Part shown: one piece after another, positions 19,525 through 28,800 of the stretch | Layout: every line of letters begins with the position of its first letter | How positions within the stretch are numbered: the first letter of the stretch is position 1 | Source of the DNA: an uncultured archaeon | Lineage (GTDB): Archaea > Thermoproteota > Nitrososphaeria > Nitrososphaerales > Gagatemarchaeaceae | Length of the DNA stretch: 64,000 nucleotides | Assembly (NCBI GenBank): GCA_963817525.1 | Contig: CAWFOU010000001.1 | Coordinates: forward strand, 352,001 to 416,000 | Reading direction: 5' to 3' | Made by a program: the position numbers and the translations under genes | Notes under the pieces: model-generated | The model's database searches: none | Seen by the model: the letters and a program-made list of their open reading frames with translations, nothing else | Told to the model about the DNA's origin: nothing

Positions 19525-20187
19525 TCAGCCGGATGTTCTGCTCGCGCGGCCTTTCACTCGGGCTCGCTTCGTCTCACTCTCGATCCTCGCAAGGAGGTCT
19601 GGGACCTGCTTCAGCGAGGGCAGCATGTAGTCCGGCTGCGCGTCCTGCTCCTCCATCAGCCGGGTGAGGAAAGTCGTGACGTGCCCTAACAGGATGGTCT
19701 TGCACCCTGCCGCATTGCCAGCCTTTACGTCGTCCAGCGCGTCGCCCACGAAGAAGGAGCTGCTAATGTCGACGCCGTTCTCCTTGGCCGCCCGAAGCAG
19801 AAGCCCTGGCTTCGGCTTCCTGCACTCGCAGTCCGCCTTGTACTTCTTGACCAGCGCGTCGGGGTGGTGGAGGCAATAGTACTCCCCGTCCAGCGCGCCT
19901 CCGCGCCTGGCCAGCTCTGCCCTGACCATCGCGTTCATCTTCTCGAACTCCGAGTAAGTGAGCTGGCGCTTCGCCACCCCTGGCTGGTTGGAGACAAGGA
20001 TCGCCTTGAAGCCTAGCCCCTTGATCTTCCTCACAGAGTCCCCCGCGTAGGGGTGGACCCTGAGCTGCTTCGCCGACAGGGGGCTGCCGATGCGCCCTTC
20101 GTCAGGGTTGTACTCGAGGTCGTTGAGCACCCCGTCCCGGTCGATGAAAACGGCCCTTTTTCGTCTCATTTCACGCGCGCCAGGCAT
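19525..20187 (-). CDS. gmhB: D,D-heptose 1,7-bisphosphate phosphatase (HAD IIIA)
   Basis: FIDRDGVLN, SNQPG, CLHHP...CECRKPKPG, VGDALDD. Confidence 0.88.
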   Translation of the reverse strand: MPGAREMRRKRAVFIDRDGVLNDLEYNPDEGRIGSPLSAKQLRVHPYAGDSVRKIKGLGFKAILVSNQPGVAKRQLTYSEFEKMNAMVRAELARRGGALDGEYYCLHHPDALVKKYKADCECRKPKPGLLLRAAKENGVDISSSFFVGDALDDVKAGNAAGCKTILLGHVTTFLTRLMEEQDAQPDYMLPSLKQVPDLLARIESETKRARVKGRASRTSG

Positions 20188-20300
20188 TTTTCAGGACGTC
20201 TGGGAGGAGACGACCCGTAACCGACTTATGCCTTTCGCAGGCGTGCTTTGGTGCGTCTTAGGGAGATGGGTGGTTATATCGTGGAATCGCCTTTCAAGGC

Positions 20301-21375
20301 GTGGAGTCCGTCAGGGCAATCCGATTCAGGTACGAGGCCTCCGAGGAGCTCTCGTCCCTCTTCGAGGAGTTCCGCCTCATGTGCAACGACGCCATCAGGA
20401 TAGCCTTGAAGGAAGCCCAAGAGCAGGTTCAGGCTCATCGAGCTCGCCTACCCCCGGCTCAAGGAGTACGGGCTCCACACGCACTACATCCTCTCGGCCT
20501 GCGAGGTCGCCTATACCGCCTGCAAGAACCGGAAGAGAAAGTCCACACCCCGCATCACGAGGCCGTTCATCAAGCTCGACAGCCAGACGTACACGCTGAA
20601 CCACCTCATCTTGAGGATCCCGACGCGGCCAAGGCACTTGATCTATCTGACCCTTCACGCGTCCAACTACCACCTCTCCTTCGTGGACGACCCTGCTCTG
20701 AAGCGGGGTTCCATCACCATTACCGACACAGCGCCCGCGGTAGCTTTCACTAGGAAGACCGCCGAGATCGAGCCCCGCGGGAGGATGGGGATAGACATCA
20801 ACGAGAGGAACGTGACGTGGGCCGACTCGGCAGGGACAGTACTGAAAGAGGACACGTCGGCGGTCGCGGAGCTAAAGGAGAGATACAAGGCGCTCAGGGC
20901 GAAGATCGCCGAGCGGACGAGCAAGGATAGGCGGATAATGCGAGAGCTTCTCTCAAAATATGGAAGGCGCGAGAGGGACAGGACGACCCAGGCTCTTCAC
21001 CGCGTCACGAAGAAGATCGTCGAACACGCGAAGGCGAACGGCCTGGCGATCGTCATGGAGAACCTCAAGGGAATAAGGAAGCTCTATCGCCGGGGGAACG
21101 GACAAGGCGCGTCGTTCAGGGGGCGGATGAACTCATGGGCCTTCCGTGAGGTCCAACGACAGATCGAGTACAAGGCGCGGTGGGCAGGGATGCCCGTCAA
21201 CTACGTCAACCCGAGAGGCACGTCCCGAAAATGCCCGAAGTGTGGCTCCTCTCTCATACGACTCGAAGGGCGCAGGCTCTTGTGCCCTTCGTGCAAGCAG
21301 GTCCAGGATAGGGACGACATTGCCGCGATGAACATAATGGCCTGCGCGGTTCCGCAGGCTCGGCCTGGCGGGTGA
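20301..21375 (+). pseudogene. tnpB: TnpB (IS200/IS605 family, no TnpA), frameshift near 20413
   Basis: RuvC motifs GIDINE, VMENL, DRDDIAAMNI and a CPKC...CPSC finger. The N-terminal frame (RFRYE...MCNDAI) shifts into KPKSRFRLIEL...HY. Confidence 0.85.
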
Positions 21376-21472
21376 AGCTGTGATGTGGAACGAGACGACG
21401 ACTCTAATCCTCGGAGCAGATGCCAGGAAGGCGCGTCTCCCGAAGGGGCACCAGAATCCGCAGGCGCAGTAA
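21340..21472 (+). ncRNA. putative TnpB omega/reRNA region
   Basis: Overlaps the tnpB 3' end. Pairings GTTCC/GGAAC, CCTGGC/GCCAGG and a CCC-GAA-GGG hairpin. Boundaries approximate. Confidence 0.45.
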
Positions 21473-21516
21473 ATCTTATACCCTCGCCCGCCACACCACG
21501 GGACAGGCGCGCGAAC

Positions 21517-22197
21517 GTGGTCCAGTTCTTCTTAGACACGGCCTCTCTGAACGAGATCGAGGAGGTCTCACGGCAGGGTGTGACCGAAGGGGTCACCACC
21601 AACCAGATGATCATCTTGAAGGAGGGGAAGGTCGACTTCAAGCGACGGATCCTGGAGATCTGCCGTCAGGTAAAGGGCCCCGTCAGCGTCGAGACCACAA
21701 AGAACAGCGTCTCCGACCTACTTGCGCAGGGCAGGGAGTTCGCCTCGTGGCACAAGAACATAGTCGTCAAGGTGGCGATGCACGGCGACGGCAGGGGGCT
21801 CGAGGTGGTGCACCAGCTGACCAAGGAGCACATCAAGACGAACATGACCTGCATGATGACCTTCAACCAGCTCGTCCTCGCGTCCAAGGCAGGCGCGACC
21901 TACGTCTCTCTCTTCTACAACAGGGCCATAGAGGCGCGCGAGAACCCTCTACAGATAATCAAGGACTACGTCGCCCTGGCCAAGGAGAACGAACCCATGG
22001 GCAGGCTGATTGTCGGGAGCATCAGGAAGCCGGAGGACGTCGCCCAGGCCGTCGCGGCTGGGGCACACATCATCACCGTGCCCTTCAAGATCCTGAAGCA
22101 GATGCCTTTCAACAAGCGGACCGAGGAGACCATCGAGGAGTTCGACAAGGCGTGGGGCGAGTTCGAATCGATGAAGAAGGCTGCGATTGTCCGGTGA
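21517..22197 (+). CDS. tal: transaldolase / fructose-6-phosphate aldolase family
   Basis: FFLDTA, GVTTNQ, GPVSVE, NIVVKV, AGATYVS, GSIR. GTG 21517 inferred. Confidence 0.9.
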   Translation: MVQFFLDTASLNEIEEVSRQGVTEGVTTNQMIILKEGKVDFKRRILEICRQVKGPVSVETTKNSVSDLLAQGREFASWHKNIVVKVAMHGDGRGLEVVHQLTKEHIKTNMTCMMTFNQLVLASKAGATYVSLFYNRAIEARENPLQIIKDYVALAKENEPMGRLIVGSIRKPEDVAQAVAAGAHIITVPFKILKQMPFNKRTEETIEEFDKAWGEFESMKKAAIVR

Positions 22198-22320
22198 GGA
22201 CGACTAGCCACTCCCAGTCGAAACACAGGGCCTAGCCCGGCGCGCACTGGAGCTAGATGACCGCTTTGCAACGTCAACCTTCCAGCCCGCGCACACGAAG
22301 CGGGGGAGGGGAGTGATTCG

Positions 22321-23274
22321 CCCAGGAGAGCGCTTGTCACCGGCGGCCAGGGGTTCATCGGGAGCCACCTCGTCGACCGCCTCCTGAAGGACGACTGGGA
22401 CGTGGCGGTGCTCGACAGCCTCCTTACTGGGCGCCGCTCCAACCTGGGCCAACACAAGGGCAACCGCAGCCTCAAGATCATCGAGGGGGACATCAGGGAC
22501 CCGGAGACCGTGTCGAAGAGCTCGAAGGGGTGCGACGCCGTATTCCACCTCGCTGCACACGCGCTGATGCGGGTAAGCCTCGGAGACCACCGGGCCGACC
22601 TCGAGCACAACATCGTGGGCACCCTGAACGTCTTGGATAGCATGGTGGCCAACGGCGTCCCGGACTTTGTGTTCGCCTCCACCTCCGCGCTCTACGGGGA
22701 GGCCGAGGTCGTCCCAACGCCCGAGACCTACGCGGGCATCCAGACCTCCATCTACGGGGCAGCCAAGCTCGCGGGAGAGGGCTACGCCTCCGCCTTCGCC
22801 GAGTTCAGCCCCATCAAGGTATGGGCCTACAGGTTCGGGACAGTGCTGGGCGAGAGGTGCAGGAGGGGGGCCATATGGGACTTTACCCACAAGCTGCTCG
22901 CCGACCCTTCCAAGCTTGAGATACTGGGCAACGGGAGGCAAAGCAAGGACTACATGTCGGTGAAGGACTGCGTCGACGGGATCATGATCGGCCACCAAAA
23001 GGCAAAGGGCCGCGTGAACATCTTCAACCTGGGCCTCCAGGAGCAGACCACCGTGGACCAGCTCGCCGACATCGTCATCGAGGAGATGGGGCTGCCCGGG
23101 GTCAAGAAGGCCTACACGGGCGGGGCGAGGGGGTGGGTGGGCGACAACCCTGTGGTCTACCTCTCTACGAAGAAGATCAAGGCCCTGGGGTGGAGGCCGA
23201 AGACATCGCCGACAGAGGCGATAAGGCAGACCGCAAGGTGGACCCTGAAAGAAGTGGGCTGGCGCGGGAAGTAG
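22321..23274 (+). CDS. NAD-dependent epimerase/dehydratase (start unresolved)
   Basis: In-frame ALVTGGQGFIGSHL upstream of the ORF-track start; YGAAK motif. No canonical in-frame start codon. Confidence 0.85.
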   Translation, partial: PRRALVTGGQGFIGSHLVDRLLKDDWDVAVLDSLLTGRRSNLGQHKGNRSLKIIEGDIRDPETVSKSSKGCDAVFHLAAHALMRVSLGDHRADLEHNIVGTLNVLDSMVANGVPDFVFASTSALYGEAEVVPTPETYAGIQTSIYGAAKLAGEGYASAFAEFSPIKVWAYRFGTVLGERCRRGAIWDFTHKLLADPSKLEILGNGRQSKDYMSVKDCVDGIMIGHQKAKGRVNIFNLGLQEQTTVDQLADIVIEEMGLPGVKKAYTGGARGWVGDNPVVYLSTKKIKALGWRPKTSPTEAIRQTARWTLKEVGWRGK

Positions 23275-23280
23275 GACAGG

Positions 23281-24270
23281 ATGTCGAGAGTCGCGGTCAC
23301 CGGAGGCGCGGGCTTCCTCGGAAGCCACATCGTTAGGAGGCTCGTCGACGACGGTCACGAGGTCTCGATAGTCGACGACTTTTCGTCCGGCCTCGTCCAG
23401 AACCTGACCGACCTGGGAGTCAAGCGCAAGTGCTCCGTGGGCGACCTACGCGACTACCGCTTCGCCAAGGCCTCGCTGCGCAAGGCGGAGACCGTCTACC
23501 ACTTCGCCGCCGAGGTGGGGAGCGTGAGCTACCTCCACGGGTCCAACGCGCAGGAGCTCGCCGCGATGGAGTCCAACCTGGTCATCGACGCCAACGTCTT
23601 CAAGGCCTGCCTCGAGAACCACGTCAAGACCGTCATCTACGCGTCCAGCGTCTCGGTCTACCCATTCGACGAGCAGCTCGGCTCGAACACCCGCTTCCGC
23701 GAGGAGGACACCGAGAGGAAGGTCAACCCGGAGGGAGGCTACGGGTGGTCGAAGTACATCGCCGAAAAGCAGCTCGCCCTCATGCCAGGGGTCTCCTACG
23801 GCGTCGCCCGGATCTTCCACGCCTATGGCAAGAACATCTACCTGAGGTCCGACCGGAGCCAGGTCATCGCCTCGCTGATCAGGAAGGCGGTGAGGTACCC
23901 AGAGGAGGACTTTGTGGTCTGGGGAGACGGGAGCCAGAGGCGCTGCTTCGTCTACATAGACGACGCCATCGACGCGCTCATGAGGCTCGAGAAGCACGCG
24001 GTCGAGCGGGGGAGCCTCACCGTCAACGTGGGGTCGACGGAGGAGACGACCGTCCGGGAGCTCGCCGAACGGGTCGTGGCTTTGTCCAACAAGGACATCC
24101 CCCTCAAGTTCGACCTCTCAAAGCCCACCGGGGCCTTGAACAGGACCCCCGACCTCGCGAGGGCGAAGCGGGTCCTCGGCTGGAGCCCCACCACGCCGCT
24201 TTCCAAGGGCCTCGAGAAGACGTTCGACTGGGCCAAGGGAAGGCTGAGGAAGCGGGGGGAGCGTCGCTGA
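23281..24270 (+). CDS. NAD-dependent epimerase/dehydratase (GDP-mannose 3,5-epimerase-like)
   Basis: VTGGAGFLG, YGWSK, VWGDGSQRR. Confidence 0.88.
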   Translation: MSRVAVTGGAGFLGSHIVRRLVDDGHEVSIVDDFSSGLVQNLTDLGVKRKCSVGDLRDYRFAKASLRKAETVYHFAAEVGSVSYLHGSNAQELAAMESNLVIDANVFKACLENHVKTVIYASSVSVYPFDEQLGSNTRFREEDTERKVNPEGGYGWSKYIAEKQLALMPGVSYGVARIFHAYGKNIYLRSDRSQVIASLIRKAVRYPEEDFVVWGDGSQRRCFVYIDDAIDALMRLEKHAVERGSLTVNVGSTEETTVRELAERVVALSNKDIPLKFDLSKPTGALNRTPDLARAKRVLGWSPTTPLSKGLEKTFDWAKGRLRKRGERR

Positions 24271-24316
24271 CTGTCGTCGAGCGCCGTGAGAAACATCCTA
24301 GGTCGGATATCACCCA

Positions 24317-25324
24317 TTGAGGAGGGCCGGCGCGAGCAGGACACGGACTGCCGCCGCGCTGCTGGTAGTGGCGCTCCTAGCAATCGGCGCCGCGTACGTC
24401 CTTACCTCGTCCCCGAGGCAGGTCGTCTCGACGACCGGGAGCTCGACATCCTCTGCCTCCTCGACCGCCTCTTCGGAGCGCATCTCTCACGTCATCGTCA
24501 TCCTCATGGAGAACGAGGAGGAGAGCAGCGTCATAGGGAACGCCTCCGCCCCGTACGAGAACGCCCTCGCCACGAGGTATGCTCTGGCGGCCGACTACTT
24601 CGGGGTCGCCCATCCCTCCCTCCCCAACTACATGGCGCTCATCGCGGGAAGCACGTTCGGAGTCAACAGCGACTGCCTCCCCGCACAGTGCAGCCTCCCT
24701 GCCAACGTGACCACCGTGGCCAGCCTGCTCGACTCCCACGGCCTCACGTGGAGGGAGTACGCAGAGTCGATGCCCACGAACTGCTCGCAGGTGAACAGCC
24801 CGGACGGCCTCTACTGGACCAAGCACAATCCCTTCGTCTTCTTCGGGTCCATAACCGGGAACAACGGGACCGGCCAGACCTCGAGCTACTGCGACTCCCA
24901 CGTCGTCTCCATGGCCCAATTCTACCTGGACCTCCAGTCCGGGGACCTCCCCAACTACTCCTTCATCACCCCGAACATTTGCGACGACGCCCACAGCTGC
25001 GCCCTCTCGGTCGGCGACCAGTGGCTCTCTACCCTCGTCCCCAAGATAATCAACTCCAGCTCCTTCTCGACGACCGCCCTCTTCATCACGTACGACGAGG
25101 GAGCCACCAGCGACATCCGAGGGGGCGGGGGCGAGGTGCCCTGCATCCTCGTCTCCCCGTTCGCAAAGCCCGGTTACGTCTCTACCGTGGAGTATTCGCA
25201 CTACTCGCTGCTCGCCACCGTCGAGAGCATCTTCGGGCTGGGGACGCTCGGGCGAAACGACTCAACAGCCTCGCCCATGTCCGACCTCTTCACCCCGCAG
25301 GCGGGGCTCACGCAAAACCCGTGA
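24317..25324 (+). CDS. membrane-anchored phosphoesterase-family (acid phosphatase-like) protein
   Basis: HVIVILMEN, HPSLPNY, KHNPF, ITYDE, YSHYSLLATVE. Confidence 0.85.
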   Translation: MRRAGASRTRTAAALLVVALLAIGAAYVLTSSPRQVVSTTGSSTSSASSTASSERISHVIVILMENEEESSVIGNASAPYENALATRYALAADYFGVAHPSLPNYMALIAGSTFGVNSDCLPAQCSLPANVTTVASLLDSHGLTWREYAESMPTNCSQVNSPDGLYWTKHNPFVFFGSITGNNGTGQTSSYCDSHVVSMAQFYLDLQSGDLPNYSFITPNICDDAHSCALSVGDQWLSTLVPKIINSSSFSTTALFITYDEGATSDIRGGGGEVPCILVSPFAKPGYVSTVEYSHYSLLATVESIFGLGTLGRNDSTASPMSDLFTPQAGLTQNP

Positions 25325-25405
25325 AGATCGCCCCTGAAATTAGCAACTGAGGGTCAATTCTCCGCCGAACTTCTTAATACCTCGAAGAAGCAGTTTGGCA
25401 ACAGC

Positions 25406-25819
25406 ATGGCCGTCGCAAGAGGGAAGGGCACAAAAGCGGCTCCCTGGGTCCTGAAGACCCCGCCGGGGACGTCCGAGTTTCAGGCGTACAGGGACGAGGC
25501 CCTCTCGCCTCCCGCCCTCGTGGTCTGGGTGGGCAAGACGGAGCTGCGCTACGACCTCAGGTGCCTGGCCGACCTCCACGCGATGCTCGAGGAGCGCGGC
25601 GACTGGATGCTCCTCGGGAGCGCTGACGAGCAGAAGCCCGCCGCTCCCGCGACGGTCGAGGAATGGGGGCGCTCGCCCAAGAACCCTGTGGGCGGTTGGT
25701 ACGGGCTCAAGAAGGGGCTGAGGGGTAGGTTCGCGATGTATATCCCCCCGGTCATGGAGGCCTTGGGGACGGCCGAGGTCGAGCACAACCCCAAGAACAA
25801 CCGGATGAGAGCGCTCTAG
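25406..25819 (+). CDS. conserved hypothetical protein (DUF6855-like)
   Basis: PWVLKTPPGTSEF...GGWYGLKKGLRGRF, family recalled from memory. Confidence 0.65.
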   Translation: MAVARGKGTKAAPWVLKTPPGTSEFQAYRDEALSPPALVVWVGKTELRYDLRCLADLHAMLEERGDWMLLGSADEQKPAAPATVEEWGRSPKNPVGGWYGLKKGLRGRFAMYIPPVMEALGTAEVEHNPKNNRMRAL

Positions 25820-25865
25820 ACCCGGACACGCTTCAAATACGGGGCGCTTCTCGGGAGGCATCGGT

Positions 25866-28800
25866 TTGCAGGAGACGACAACCAAACAACTCGACCTAGC
25901 CGAGAGGCTTCGCGCGCTCACCACTCCCGCGACCGACCTCGAGGAGGGCTTGCTGGTCTCGGCCACCTACGACGGCGACACCCGGAGGGCCGTGCTCAAG
26001 TTCTACGACGCGAAGCAGGAGCGGGTCTGGCTCTGGGAGGACAAGAGCGGGCACAAGCCCTACTGCTACACCAAACTCTCAGACCAGGAGATTGCTTCCG
26101 CTGGAGTCGAGGTCGGCAAAAGCGGGATAACCGGGATTGTGCCGGAGAAGAGGCGTGACCTCCTCAACGACGCGGAGATAACGGTCAAGAAGATCACCGC
26201 GACCGACCCTCTCGCCATCGGAGGGTCGCCCACGTCCCTCCGGGAGAAGATGGAGTGCTGGGAGGCCGACATCAAGTACTTTGAGAACTACGTCTACGAC
26301 AGGGGGCTCAGGGTCGGGACCTACTACAAGATCGCCCAGGGGGAGGTCACTCCCGTGCAGAAGGAGGTCGCCGGCGAAGTCAAGCGCTCGCTCGATGCTA
26401 TCGTAGCCAAGGCATCCGGGGACGCCGCCCTCTACATCAAGGACTGGGCGGAGCTCCTGGGGCAGCCCCTCTCGAACTTCAAGCGGATCGCCTGTGACAT
26501 CGAGGTCGCGAACGAGGAGAACCGCATCCCCGACCCCGAGATAGCGGACAGAGAGGTCATCGCAGTCTCCTTCTACAACGACAGGGAGTCGATAGTCTAC
26601 CTCATCGACAAGTCGGGGGAGGACAGGTCGCTCGACGGAGCGCTCACGGGCTACACCCCGACGGTCTTCGCCGACGAGGCGTCGCTCCTCCGCGCGACCT
26701 TCGCGAAGATGATGGAGTACCCATTCCTGATCACGTTCAACGGAGACGACTTCGACCTCCGCTATCTGAAGCACCGCGCGATGAGGAAGGAGATCGGCAT
26801 CAGGGAGGAGGAGATACCCATCGCCCTCCAGAGGCAGGAGGCGTCGCTCAAGCATGGCGTCCACATCGACCTATACCGCTTCTTCAACAACCGATCGATA
26901 CAGGTCTACGTCTACAACAACAGGTACACCGAGCACACGCTCAATGGGATAGCGGAGGCCCTCCTCGGCAAGGAGAAGATCCCCTTCGAGGGGAACATCG
27001 CGGAGCTCCCACTTGTCGAGCTCGCGGACTACTGCCTCAACGACTCGACGCTCACCTACGACCTTACCGCGGCCAACGACTCCCTCCTCATGAAGATGCT
27101 GCTGGTCATCGCGAGGATCGCCAAGATGCCCATGAACGACGTCGCCCGCCTGGGCGTCTCCAACTGGATCCGGAGCATGATCTTCTACGACCACCGCCGG
27201 ATAGGCGCGCTCATCCCACGCTCGGACGAGCTCAGGCAGAAGGGCGGGGCCTCCTCCGAGGCGATAATCAAGGGGAAGAAGTACAAGGGAGGGCTCGTCA
27301 TCGAGCCCAAGCCGGGCATCTACTTCGGGGTATCCGTCCTCGACTTTGCGTCCCTCTACCCCAGCATCATCAAGGTCCACAACCTCTCATACGAGACTGT
27401 GAACTGCATCCACGAGGAGTGCAGGTCCAACAGGGTCCCCGACACGGACCACTGGATATGCACGAAGCGCAGCGGGATAGAAAGCCTCCTCATCGGCTCG
27501 CTTCGCGACCTCAGGGTGGGGCACTACAAGGCGCTCTCCAAGGACAAGGCCCTCCCGAAGGAGAGCAAGGACCTCTACAGCACGGTGACGCAGGGGCTCA
27601 AGGTCATCCTCAACGCGTGCTTCACAGGAGACACGCTGGTGGTCACCCCGACCGGGATCAAGAACATCAAGGACTTTAGGGTGGGAGACCAAGTCATCAA
27701 CGTCAACCCTGAGACCCTCGAGGTCGAGATGGACAAGGTCGTGGCTGTCCAGGCCTATCACTACGATGGAGACATCTACCACTTCCAGGACAAGAGGTTC
27801 GTCGACCTCATGGTCACCCCCAACCACAGACTCCTCACCATCGATAGGCGCAAGTCCTCAAAGAGCGGGGCAATCTTTAGGTCGGCGGAGGAGGTACGGG
27901 ACCTCGCGAACGTCGCGATCCCGAAACTGCGAACGGGTGTGGGACGGGACTCGGCCAACAACAGAGTCTCGATGCTAAAGGTTGCCAAGGAGATTGGCGT
28001 ATTTGCCAGCGTCTATCCGCCCTCGGGAATTCGCTTGATCAACTGGTTCAGGACGCTTCCATCCGAGCTGCAGAAGAATATCCGCGAGAACGGACGCGTC
28101 AGGAAACTCGGAACCCAACCCACATTGGAAAAGCCGGTAAAGAACCGGCAGTCCCGCTACGAGCTGCCTGCCGACGCGGTCGAAGAGGTCGACGTCGACG
28201 CCGTCGAGGCTGCCGGGGGCCGGGTCCTACTCGGGGAGTCGCACTCAAGGCAAGTCCCGGCTCGCTACCTTGCGGCGGACCTCGCCTCGCTCAGCGGTTG
28301 GTTCGTCTCCGCAGGCAACCCACACTCTTCGCAGATGAAGATATACGCGAGCGGCCGAGTCCGCGGCAAGACCTCGGGCATCATGATCTCACAAGGGTTC
28401 GGGAAAGGGAATGTCATGGGAACCCAATACAGGGCGGAGATACAAGGTCTCCTCGGCAGGCTCGGGCTCAGAAGTATCCAAGATTCGGGCCGAAACAAGT
28501 ACTTCAAGGTCAGCAGCTCGATCCTAAACCGCTGGGTTCTCTCGCAGTGCTACGTCGAAGGTGAGGGTCACGGCGCCACCGCGAAGAGGATCCCTGACTT
28601 CGTGTTCGAGTCGAGCGACACGATGAAGGAATTCCTCGCCTCGGTGTACAAGGGCGACGGCAACAGAAGGCGTGTCAGATACTCCACGGTGAGCACGCGT
28701 CTTGCGAATGACATGGTCGTCCTGCTGAGTCTCCTTGGGTACAAGGCCAAGCTGTCCTACGAGAGCGAGTCACACATCTACAGGATTGTCTTCAAGAACG

